Source of the DNA: an uncultured virus (IMG/VR IMGVR_UViG_3300006930_000005)
Taxonomy: Duplodnaviria > Heunggongvirae > Uroviricota > Caudoviricetes
Direction: 5' to 3' (one strand)
IMG/VR virus record: IMGVR_UViG_3300006930_000005
Length of the DNA: 58,216 bases
Of this stretch, positions 10,409-19,327 are shown piece after piece (positions within the stretch are counted from its first letter, which is position 1; the number at the start of each line of letters is the position of its first letter). A program made the translations under genes and the position numbers. The notes under the pieces were generated by a model. The model was not told where the DNA came from and searched no databases. It saw only the letters and a program-made list of their open reading frames with translations.

Positions 10409-11387
10409 TAATAATCAAAAATCTTGTATAAGTATTGTCAATGATTATACACATGTAAGAACTAAACCTATAGATAACACAATCTCTATTTTAAAAAATA
10501 CTTTTGAAGTTAATCCTTCATTTAATAATGTTTTTAGAAATTTTGACCACAATCAATCTTTTAAAACTTGGATTTATGAAGGTAATGAAAAAGATAAAAT
10601 AGTAGGTTATAAATATATCCAATCTTATCCTTATGATGATGTTAAATTTGAAATAGGGGATTATATAGAATGGAAATATGGAAATAGTGATTTAAGCACA
10701 TGGTTAATTATATCATTAGATAAACAATATACTCATGATGTTAAAGGTAGAATGTTATTATGTAATAATACTTTAAAATGGATTAATTCAGATAATGAAA
10801 CTATAAGTTATCCTTGCGTTATTGAAGATTCTATGAGTTATACAAATTTTAAATTTGGAAATTCTGGAGTAGTTGAACCAGGAGCTGATATAGTTGTTCT
10901 TGTACAAAAAAATGCTGATACTATGAATATTTCTGTTAATGACAGATATATGTTTAATAATAGAGCTTTTAGAGTAAAACAAAATTTTAATGAATTAAAT
11001 CCTAATTATTTAGAGATATATATGTCTAAAGTTGCTGAATTACAAAATGATAATTTTATTGATAATATAGCAAAAAATGATAATATTGAAACAATAATTA
11101 TTGATGACAATACTGTAGTAGAACCGAATATTATTGAAATATTAGAAGGAAATACTGTATCTTTTTCTGTATTTAAATATATAAATAAAGTAAAACAATC
11201 AGATGCTTTTACTGTTACAGGCTCTAATATACCTAATTCTAATTATACTTTAACTACTATTGATAATAATAATTTTAGTATTAAAAATGAATTACAATAT
11301 AGAGATAATCCTTTAACAATTAGTATTCTAAACAATTCCACTAATGAAGTTATAACAAAAGAATATTGGATGGGAGGCAAATGGTAA
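10392..11387 (+). CDS. putative head-closure/neck protein
   Basis: CNNTLKW...YPC motif; ATG 10392 after GGAGG. Confidence 0.5.
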   Translation: MLAPINNNQKSCISIVNDYTHVRTKPIDNTISILKNTFEVNPSFNNVFRNFDHNQSFKTWIYEGNEKDKIVGYKYIQSYPYDDVKFEIGDYIEWKYGNSDLSTWLIISLDKQYTHDVKGRMLLCNNTLKWINSDNETISYPCVIEDSMSYTNFKFGNSGVVEPGADIVVLVQKNADTMNISVNDRYMFNNRAFRVKQNFNELNPNYLEIYMSKVAELQNDNFIDNIAKNDNIETIIIDDNTVVEPNIIEILEGNTVSFSVFKYINKVKQSDAFTVTGSNIPNSNYTLTTIDNNNFSIKNELQYRDNPLTISILNNSTNEVITKEYWMGGKW

Positions 11388-11388
11388 T

Positions 11389-11958
11389 ATGAGTTTAATC
11401 CCAAATGAAAGTAATCAATTTGCTTATAATGATTACTCCCTTGTTAGAAAAATACCTGAAACAATCATAGATTATTTATTTAGTAATAGTCCTGATTTTT
11501 GGAAGTTATTAAAATATTCTGTAAATCCTTTAGATAATATAGATTTAACAGATGATGAGAAAAAAGCAATGATTTGTAAATCTTCTTTTAATACTGAAAA
11601 TTTCAATATTGTATTTCAAAAATTTACATCTGACGCTCAAGGGATATCAAAATCACAAGTAAGAGTTTATATTGAAGATGTAGCTTCTTATGGTAGAACC
11701 AATGTTTTGGTAAGAATAAAATTTCAAGTAATAATTAATAATAAAGAAATGATTATTAATACTCCAATTTCACCAGTTGATAAAAGGGATATTGCTATTG
11801 TTCAAACAATAGTGAAAGCTTTAAATGGTACTATATTACCTAATACAAAATCACAAGTTTTTATAAATTATGATGTGGATAGATATAGTGGTGCTATGGA
11901 AACAAGCTTTAATGATAATTATTCTGGATTTAATTTAGTTATGGATGTGTGGATTTAA
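11389..11958 (+). CDS. putative tail terminator/completion protein
   Basis: Position and size. Confidence 0.4.
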   Translation: MSLIPNESNQFAYNDYSLVRKIPETIIDYLFSNSPDFWKLLKYSVNPLDNIDLTDDEKKAMICKSSFNTENFNIVFQKFTSDAQGISKSQVRVYIEDVASYGRTNVLVRIKFQVIINNKEMIINTPISPVDKRDIAIVQTIVKALNGTILPNTKSQVFINYDVDRYSGAMETSFNDNYSGFNLVMDVWI

Positions 11959-12860
11959 TGGTTAATATGAGTTATAATAATGCATTGTCTTTGGCTTTTG
12001 ATAAGCCCTTAGAATACAAAACTCTATATTTATATCCAGCTAAAATGCCACATTATTCTATATTTAGAACTATTGGGGATGTATTAACTATATCTAAGGA
12101 TGATGAAAAAGATATTAAGTTATTAAGGCTGCCTTATTTGGAGTATATGTATGAAAAATCACTTGTAAGTGAAGAATATAAAGTAAAAATAAATATGTTA
12201 ATATACATATTAGAAGTAGTATTAAAAGACCAAATTTTTGATATTAGTAAAATAGGCGAAAATGTTTACATAAGAGTTTATCAAAGGACAAAAAATTATG
12301 ATTTATTAATAAATGAATATAATGATATGATTGAAAATTTAAATAAAGAAAATATAAGTGATGCGGATAAATATTATTATACTGATAAAATAAAAGAATT
12401 TCAAGATAAAATGTATAACATTGTAACTTTAGGTTCTGAAGAATTTTTAGAAGTAAGAGATTTAATATTTCAACAAAATGATATATTAATAGAAGAATAT
12501 AATCCAAACACTGAAAGAATATTAAAGGAAACAAAAGATAAATTAGATAAAATAAAAAAAAAGACAGATGTTGATGAAACTGATTTAGAAGATTTAATAA
12601 CAGCTGTTGCTTTTCATTTAAAATTAGAAAACAATGAAACTCTTTACGATATGACAATAAGACGTTTCAATAGATATGTCGATATTATATTTAGCAAAGA
12701 GGATTATTATATGCTTAGAACTGCTCAGTTGAGTGGTAATATAAGCGCAGAAGAAAATATACCATATTGGTTTAAACATTATAAACCAAAAAGCAAATAT
12801 GATGGTATATTGGTTAGTAGTAATAATCTACTGTCAGGATTTGACGGAGATAAAATTTAA
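11949..12860 (+). CDS. hypothetical virion-assembly protein
   Basis: Long ORF in the structural operon. Confidence 0.55.
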   Translation: MDLMVNMSYNNALSLAFDKPLEYKTLYLYPAKMPHYSIFRTIGDVLTISKDDEKDIKLLRLPYLEYMYEKSLVSEEYKVKINMLIYILEVVLKDQIFDISKIGENVYIRVYQRTKNYDLLINEYNDMIENLNKENISDADKYYYTDKIKEFQDKMYNIVTLGSEEFLEVRDLIFQQNDILIEEYNPNTERILKETKDKLDKIKKKTDVDETDLEDLITAVAFHLKLENNETLYDMTIRRFNRYVDIIFSKEDYYMLRTAQLSGNISAEENIPYWFKHYKPKSKYDGILVSSNNLLSGFDGDKI

Positions 12861-12880
12861 AAAAAGAAAGAGGGATAATT

Positions 12881-13888
12881 ATGGCAAATAATCCAGGTCA
12901 AGCTTTAGTATCAGTTGCTGACGTTAAATTTTTTGATTCTGTAACAGATGCATATTTAGGAGAAGGTTTAGCTTTAACTAATTCAGCACTAATACAAGAA
13001 GTTCAAGCAATGGAAGTTCGTGGTGGATATTTAAATGCTTTAATATTTAATATTAAACATAGTAAAAATGTAACAGTAAACTTTAAATCAGCAACATTCC
13101 AAATGGAATATTTAGCATTCCAAACAGGTACTGCTATAACTACAGGTCTAAAAGATGTTTATAAATTTGATGAATGTGTAACTTTCACAAATGGGGTAGG
13201 AACTGTAACAGGAACTCCAGTAGGTAATGTTTTTGTTAAAATGCCAGATGGTACTACAATGACAGTAACTCCTTCAGGAAGCACTGTAAACACAGGTGTA
13301 ACTACATTTAACAGTACTGGTGGAGTAACTTATAAATATAATACTACAGTACAAGAAGTTATAATAGATACAAAAACACAACCATTAGTTGTAAAAGCTG
13401 TAATGAAAGTTCATGCTTTTAATCAAGATGTAGAAGTAGGAAACTATGAAATAGTAGTTCCTAAACTAAAATTTGATGGCAACATTAATTTAGATTTAGC
13501 ATCTGACACTGTAAGTTCTATAGACTTAAATGGTACAGCTTTAGAAAACACTGCTGATTGTGGAAATGGATACTATGCAAAAGTAGAATTCGTTCCAATT
13601 AGTGAAACTAATTTAGCTCCTATCTTAGGTTTATTCGCTTCTCCTAATAAATATACATTCTCTTTAGCTGGTGTAAAAACTGCTACAGCTTATATTTTAG
13701 GATACAGAGGTGGAGTATATTCAAACAGTTTAATAGATAATGCTGATATTACTTTCGTAAGTGCTGCTCCTGCAACAGCAACTGTTAATAGTGCTGGTTT
13801 AATAACTGGTGTGGCTGAAGGTACAACTACTATAACAGCTACTTACCAAGGTTTAACTGAAGTAATAAGTATTACTGTAACTGCTTAA
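12881..13888 (+). CDS. major tail tube protein with C-terminal Ig-like (Big_2) domain
   Basis: ATVNSAGLITGVAEGTTTITATY Ig signature; Thr/Val rich. Confidence 0.8.
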   Translation: MANNPGQALVSVADVKFFDSVTDAYLGEGLALTNSALIQEVQAMEVRGGYLNALIFNIKHSKNVTVNFKSATFQMEYLAFQTGTAITTGLKDVYKFDECVTFTNGVGTVTGTPVGNVFVKMPDGTTMTVTPSGSTVNTGVTTFNSTGGVTYKYNTTVQEVIIDTKTQPLVVKAVMKVHAFNQDVEVGNYEIVVPKLKFDGNINLDLASDTVSSIDLNGTALENTADCGNGYYAKVEFVPISETNLAPILGLFASPNKYTFSLAGVKTATAYILGYRGGVYSNSLIDNADITFVSAAPATATVNSAGLITGVAEGTTTITATYQGLTEVISITVTA

Positions 13889-13889
13889 T

Positions 13890-14069
13890 ATGGCTTGCGT
13901 CGAATATCCATTGTGCGAACATGCTTACTATGAGGCACTTGAAGATAAATTTAAGATATTAAAATGTAGACAAATAGATGATGTTTGTGCTTATTCTAGA
14001 TATTGTAGTGATTTATTAAGAGTTATACAGACAAATTCATGTACACAATGCGCTAGGAGGGGAAGTTAA
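13890..14069 (+). CDS. small Cys-rich protein (59 aa, not in ORF track)
   Basis: MACVEYPLCEH...SCTQCARRGS; fills the gap exactly between neighbours. Confidence 0.6.
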   Translation: MACVEYPLCEHAYYEALEDKFKILKCRQIDDVCAYSRYCSDLLRVIQTNSCTQCARRGS

Positions 14070-14071
14070 TC

Positions 14072-14284
14072 ATGAGTAAAAATACAAACGAAGTAAAAAA
14101 AATAGAAGAAAAGAAAATAGAATTATGTGATGTTCTATATATAACAGATAAAAAAATAGCTTTTGATTTTAAAGGTTGTGGAATTATTTGTGAAAATAAA
14201 CTAAACATAAAATCTGATAAAATTAAAGTATCTTATAAAAGTAATATAGGATGCTCTGATTTTGATTATCAAGTCATAAAATAG
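14072..14284 (+). CDS. hypothetical protein
   Basis: GGAGGGG SD. Confidence 0.6.
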   Translation: MSKNTNEVKKIEEKKIELCDVLYITDKKIAFDFKGCGIICENKLNIKSDKIKVSYKSNIGCSDFDYQVIK

Positions 14285-14290
14285 AATTAC

Positions 14291-14327
14291 GAGCAGAGAT
14301 TAGATTACTAGTCTTTGCTCTTTTTTT
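14291..14327 (+). terminator. rho-independent terminator
   Basis: GAGCAGAGATTAG/CTAGTCTTTGCTC stem followed by T7. Confidence 0.75.
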
Positions 14328-14359
14328 AAGAATTTATGAGTTGTTGCAGGAGGAAAATT

Positions 14360-14752
14360 ATGGAATGGATTAATAGTGTTATACAGGCAATTATTACCAT
14401 GGGTGCTATAGCTGGAGCTTTTATGGCGATGGCTAAATTTGAAGATTTTAAATATAATCCATTGACTTGGGTGAAGAAGAAATTTTCTGAAGTCATGGAT
14501 ATTATTGCAATTCAAAGTGATAAAATAATTAGCATAGAAGAAAAGATAGATGGAGTTATTCTTGAGCAACATAATCAAAAAATGGAAATATTAGGCATGA
14601 AGGTTTATCTTAAAGATTTACCTGATGTCGAAAGATATAAAGCGGCACAAGAATATCTTGCAAATAATGGCAATCATGGTCGTGATATATATTGTAAAAT
14701 ACTATTGAAAGAGTATGGTGAGAAACTTGAACAAACTGAAAGCATATTATAA
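14360..14752 (+). CDS. single-TM holin-like/lysis-associated protein
   Basis: AGGAGG SD, N-terminal TM, C-terminal YLANNGNH. Confidence 0.45.
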   Translation: MEWINSVIQAIITMGAIAGAFMAMAKFEDFKYNPLTWVKKKFSEVMDIIAIQSDKIISIEEKIDGVILEQHNQKMEILGMKVYLKDLPDVERYKAAQEYLANNGNHGRDIYCKILLKEYGEKLEQTESIL

Positions 14753-15311
14753 TTATTTTATAAAAAATAAAATGTTAACAATTAGCTTAATTACATTGTA
14801 TTTTATGATTTTGGTTATAATTTATAACTTTTTTTGTTATACTATTGGATTAGAATCTATGCAATTGAAAGCTTATAATATAAAAAAAATATTTGCATTA
14901 GAGATTATATTTGGTTTCATTTATACTTACCTAGGTCATTTGTTGACTCTATTTCTAATGCAAAATAAAGATATGTACAAAAAGACAGCAATTTTTTGTT
15001 TGCCTTTTACAATTTTAACTATGGTATTAACTAATTTTGTTGATGGCTCTGTTATTAACATTATAGTTATATTTTTTTATTTCTTTTATTGCTATATGCT
15101 ATCTCAAAATATTAAAACAATAGCAAAATGCTTTAGTTATTTAGTTTTAATATTTATAATACAAATGGTGTTTTATTATTTCAAATATGTTATATTTAAA
15201 ATACCTTTTATGTCTATAGATAGCGAATTATTAAAAGCATTAATGAACTTCGATTATTATCTTTTTCTAACGGTAATAATTGTTATTAAAACAAAATTAA
15301 TAAAGAGGTGA
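14715..15311 (+). CDS. multi-pass membrane protein (possibly AgrC-type sensor domain only)
   Basis: About 6 hydrophobic segments, no kinase domain; start uncertain. Confidence 0.5.
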   Translation: MVRNLNKLKAYYNYFIKNKMLTISLITLYFMILVIIYNFFCYTIGLESMQLKAYNIKKIFALEIIFGFIYTYLGHLLTLFLMQNKDMYKKTAIFCLPFTILTMVLTNFVDGSVINIIVIFFYFFYCYMLSQNIKTIAKCFSYLVLIFIIQMVFYYFKYVIFKIPFMSIDSELLKALMNFDYYLFLTVIIVIKTKLIKR

Positions 15312-15316
15312 TTTAA

Positions 15317-15400
15317 ATGGGTTGGTGTCTATTATGGTTTCCAGAAGAAGACGAAATAAGAAACATAGCAAAAAAAATAACTAGATTAATGAGTAAATAA
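15317..15400 (+). CDS. 27-aa peptide, AgrD-like candidate (not in ORF track)
   Basis: GAGGTG SD; MGWCLLWFPEEDEIRNIAKKITRLMSK; TAATG overlap with next gene. Confidence 0.55.
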   Translation: MGWCLLWFPEEDEIRNIAKKITRLMSK

Positions 15401-15702
15401 TGGAAGATTTAATTTTTAAAATACTTGTATATTTGATAAATTCAGTTCAAATGCTTTTAATTATAATTTTAGGTGTTTGGACTGATTGTCTAATACAGTT
15501 TTTATTCTTAAGTTTAATTTTTTTTAGTTTAAAAGACTTTTTTGAAGTTAAACATTTTCCTATACTATTATGTACTTTAATAACATTTATTTATTACGCT
15601 TTATCTAGTTGTGTAATAAATATGTTTCCTACTATTAGATTTGTGCCTTTATTATTAGGTATATTATTAATTGTAGGAATGAATTTTTTTAGAAAGAAGT
15701 GA
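15400..15702 (+). CDS. membrane protein, AgrB-like candidate
   Basis: TM-rich; FFSLKDFFEVKHFPILLC has a His...Cys pair placed as in AgrB. Confidence 0.45.
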   Translation: MEDLIFKILVYLINSVQMLLIIILGVWTDCLIQFLFLSLIFFSLKDFFEVKHFPILLCTLITFIYYALSSCVINMFPTIRFVPLLLGILLIVGMNFFRKK

Positions 15703-15707
15703 TTTTA

Positions 15708-15947
15708 ATGAAAGAAAAAATATTAAACGTATTAAAAAGATTTGATAGCAAAGGCACTTGGGTTGGTATTGCTTCTATTATAGTTCTAATAGCTTCTACT
15801 GCTGGTGTAGATATAAATACTATAACTAGTTGGAGTTTATTAGGGAAAACTATATTAGATATAATATCTAATCCTGCTACTGTATTTGCAGTAATTGGTG
15901 CGGTATTTGCATTTTTAAATAATCCTACAGATAAAACTAAATATTAA
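15708..15947 (+). CDS. holin
   Basis: Two TM segments, C-terminal NNPTDK, upstream of the endolysin. Confidence 0.75.
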   Translation: MKEKILNVLKRFDSKGTWVGIASIIVLIASTAGVDINTITSWSLLGKTILDIISNPATVFAVIGAVFAFLNNPTDKTKY

Positions 15948-15972
15948 TAAATTATAGAAAGGTGGTAATAAC

Positions 15973-16089
15973 ATGGAAATTGAAGAAATTGAATTCAATG
16001 AAGAACTATTTCAAAAAAATATAACAGAAAATGATTTTTCACATTGGACTACAGAAGATGGTAGAGGTGAAGTAAATGACAATAACTAA
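15973..16089 (+). CDS. small acidic protein (38 aa, not in ORF track)
   Basis: GAAAGGTGG SD; MEIEEIEFNEELFQ...; overlaps the endolysin start. Confidence 0.5.
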   Translation: MEIEEIEFNEELFQKNITENDFSHWTTEDGRGEVNDNN

Positions 16090-17015
16090 AGTAAATTGCC
16101 CTGCTAATAAAGTGGCTATAAAATGTCCTTATACTCAAACACCTGAATTAATCGTAGTACACAATACTTTTGGTACTTCTAGTGCTATGAGTGAAGTTTC
16201 TTACATGCTAGGTAATGATAAATATGTATCATTTCATTATGCTGTAGATAACGAAAGAGCTGTTCAAGGTATAGATGAAAACAGATGTGCTTGGCACTCT
16301 GGAAACTATCCAATAAATTTAAAATCTATTGGTATAGAAATTTGCTATAGTAAAAATGGTGGAGAAATATTTGAACAATCAGAAAATAATGCTGCTGAAT
16401 TAATTGCAGATATTCTAAAAAGATATGGTTGGGGAATAGATAAAGTTAGATATCATAAAGAATTTGCTAATACTAGCTGCCCTCATAAAACTTTAGAACT
16501 TGGTTGGGAAAGATTCTTAAATAAAGTAAGAGCTAAATTAAATGTAGCTCCTGCTCCTACACCAGCACCATCAACTCCAGCTCCGCAAGCAGTAAAATAT
16601 TCAGCTGGAAGTTATAAAGTAATTGCTTCAAATGGTGTTAATGTAAGACCAGAGCCAAATACAAATAAAAAACCTGTAGCTACTATAGGTTTTGGTTCAA
16701 TGCAAGGAATAGATAGAACAGAAGGAAGTTGGGGGCATTTATCTAATAATGCCGGTTGGATTTGTTTAGATTATTGTTCTAAAACAGATGCGCCAACTCC
16801 AACTCCTAATGTTAAAGGATATGTTCTAGGAAGATATAAAGTAAATACTACAGATGGACTTAGAGTAAGAACCGGTCCGAGTGTTGATAATCCAAGAATT
16901 AAAACTTATCCAAATGGAACTATATTTGATACTTACCAAATATCAGGTAATTGGGCAAAGACTCCAAGTCGGATTTGTATGCCTTGATTATTGTAAATTA
17001 GTTTATAAATATTAA
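16076..17015 (+). CDS. endolysin, N-acetylmuramoyl-L-alanine amidase with two SH3b domains; +1 recoding at CGG 16970 (312 aa)
   Basis: VVHNT, SFHY, AWH, SIGIE, H..CP motifs. Skipping C16970 gives TPSGFVCLDYCK, matching SH3b repeat 1 (AGWICLDYCS). Confidence 0.9.
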
Positions 17016-17106
17016 TATATAACTAAATAAGGAATTATACTCTTATTGAAATGTCCTCTAATACACTTGTTTTATATTTTTTTATTATGAGAAAGTTAGG
17101 TAGATT

Positions 17107-17647
17107 ATGGGTAGGATAAAAGATATTTCGGAACAAAAATTTGGATTTTTAAAAGTTGTAAAATATTTAGAATATGATTCTAATAAAAAAGCAGCTATGT
17201 GGTTATGCATTTGTGAATGTCGGCAATGAAGTTATTACAACAGGAAATCATTTAAGAACTGGTCATACAAAATCTTGTGGTTGTTTAAATAAGAAAAATG
17301 GAGAAAAAAATCCTTCTTATAAGCATGGTAAAAGAAAAACAAGATTATATAAAATATTTTATGGTATGAAGCAAAGATGTTATAATAAAAAAAATCCAAG
17401 ATATAAAAACTATGGTGAAAAAGGAATTAAAATTTGTGATGAATGGTTAGATAATTTTATGAATTTTTATAGTTGGGCTATAGAAAATGGATATAAAGAT
17501 GATTTAACAATAGATAGAATAAATAATGGTGGAGATTATGAACCAAATAATTGTAGATGGTTAACAAGACAAGCACAAAATTGGAATACAACAAGAACAA
17601 AAAATATACCGCCAAAAGAGATATTATTAGAATTTAAAAAAGCGTAA
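17107..17647 (+). CDS. HNH-type free-standing homing endonuclease; +1 recoding at CGG 17221 (179 aa)
   Basis: True start ATG 17107. The skip yields WLCICECGNEV...GHTKSCGC; C-terminal TIDRINN..YEPNNCRW. Confidence 0.8.
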
Positions 17648-17753
17648 AATCTCTAAGTAGATAATCATACCTTGATTATGCTGTATTGATGTATAAATAT
17701 TAAGGTCATAATTATTAGCATACTTTAAAATAATTATTTTGGAGGGAAAACAA

Positions 17754-18056
17754 ATGAGTAGCCGAAATGATAAAAACATGAAGCCTATTAAAGATGAGCT
17801 TTACGCTGAACATGGACATGTTTGTTGGTTGTGTGGTAAAAAATTCAAAAAGGGAAAACTTACTGGTCATCATGCTATCCCTTATCGGGATTGTCATTGT
17901 ACTACAAAAGACAATGTACTTATCGCTTGTCAACACTGTCATTTCAAAATAATAAACAATTTGCCGTATCCAAGTAGAGAGTATGACTCTGTTATGCAGA
18001 AAATGCGGGATTTTAGAGATAATCATGTTGTTGTGAGGATTAATATCCTCCAATGA
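17754..18056 (+). CDS. small HNH endonuclease
   Basis: CWLC...GHHAIP...N...ACQHCH; GGAGGG SD before ATG 17754. Confidence 0.75.
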   Translation: MSSRNDKNMKPIKDELYAEHGHVCWLCGKKFKKGKLTGHHAIPYRDCHCTTKDNVLIACQHCHFKIINNLPYPSREYDSVMQKMRDFRDNHVVVRINILQ

Positions 18057-18145
18057 CTTGGTTTTATTACACTTATAGTGTAATTTATTGAAGCATCACA
18101 TGGTAAATGTGACTTATAAACTGTTAGGCTTAGGTTTAACTTAGT

Positions 18146-18176
18146 GAGAGAGAGCTTCGGCTTTCTTTCATTTTTT
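18146..18176 (+). terminator. rho-independent terminator
   Basis: GAGAGAGAGC-TTCG-GCTTTCTTTC followed by a T tract. Confidence 0.7.
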
Positions 18177-18195
18177 ACCCAAAGGAGAGATTAAT

Positions 18196-18768
18196 ATGGA
18201 AAAAATAAAAATAATAATAAATAAAATAACTCCAAAAGAGATAAAATATAATAAAGTTAAAATTACTATGAATAATTATATTAGTATTGAAAATTATGAA
18301 GTGTTACTTAATGATATTATGAATACTATTATACTTAATAATGAAATAACTGATAAAATTGCTAATATAGAGATTAGATTCGCTAAAGGTGTTTTAGACC
18401 TTTTAACTAATGTAGATACTAGTGATTTAACAGCCGACGATTACTTTTCAAGTGACTTAATTAAGGTTATGGAAAATAACATAGGTAATTATTCTAAGTG
18501 CTTAGAAAACATACTGAAGGAGTACACAGTGTATCAAACTAAGGTCGGTTTCGGTATGATAGCTTCTAAAGTACCTTCTGAAGATGGTATGTCTAATGTT
18601 ATTAATAGTATTGGAACTATGGTTAAAGAAATGGATACTGATAAACTACAAATTCTTTTAAAAGGAATTGCTTTTGATAAAATGCCTTTGGCTAATTTTC
18701 TTACTGGAGCTAAAAAAGGTGAAATTGTTAAAGTAGATGAAGTTAAAAAGACTACTAAAAAGAAGTAG
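18196..18768 (+). CDS. hypothetical protein (possible tail chaperone)
   Basis: AAGGAG SD; upstream of the tape measure. Confidence 0.55.
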   Translation: MEKIKIIINKITPKEIKYNKVKITMNNYISIENYEVLLNDIMNTIILNNEITDKIANIEIRFAKGVLDLLTNVDTSDLTADDYFSSDLIKVMENNIGNYSKCLENILKEYTVYQTKVGFGMIASKVPSEDGMSNVINSIGTMVKEMDTDKLQILLKGIAFDKMPLANFLTGAKKGEIVKVDEVKKTTKKK

Positions 18769-18778
18769 GTGATTTATT

Positions 18779-19300
18779 ATGGCTATAGCTACAGTTGATG
18801 ACTTTGAAAAGTTATTTAACAAGATAAATGAGGAAGTTATTAATGCCGTTTCTCTTAGAGCTGTTAAATTATTAAAGAAACATATAATGGATGATATGTA
18901 TGGTGCTTTACCTAATAAACGTTATGAAGATGGAACTGGTATGCCTACTTTTCAATTCAGAGAAGCTTTCGTTTTTAAAGAAATGGTTAAATTAATGAAT
19001 GGAGTTAGTAAAACTTTGTTTTATGATTATGAAAGTATGGATAGACCTTCGAGTGCTCATCCTACTAGACATGGTCGTTATAAAACCAAAGATGAATCTG
19101 GTTCAGATAATAGACAGGCTTTAGCAGAAATGCTTAACAAAAGAGAGATTGTCGGTTCTAAAATGAGAAATCTTTATTGGGATAATTTCATTAGGGAACT
19201 TGACTCTAATATAGGCAATTGGTTTTATACTGAGTATAATAACAGAGGTGTGAAACTTAACAAAAATACTCTAAACCTTAATTGGGATTTAGATTTATAG
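18779..19300 (+). CDS. hypothetical tail/neck component
   Basis: AGGTG SD; position. Confidence 0.5.
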   Translation: MAIATVDDFEKLFNKINEEVINAVSLRAVKLLKKHIMDDMYGALPNKRYEDGTGMPTFQFREAFVFKEMVKLMNGVSKTLFYDYESMDRPSSAHPTRHGRYKTKDESGSDNRQALAEMLNKREIVGSKMRNLYWDNFIRELDSNIGNWFYTEYNNRGVKLNKNTLNLNWDLDL

Positions 19301-19327
19301 ACTTTCTTATCGAAAGGAGGTTGGAAA

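Noticed and set aside
18196..19300. Classical tail-chaperone -1 frameshift before the tape measure
   Set aside because: Both ORFs have their own SD and start, and I saw no convincing slippery heptamer linking them.
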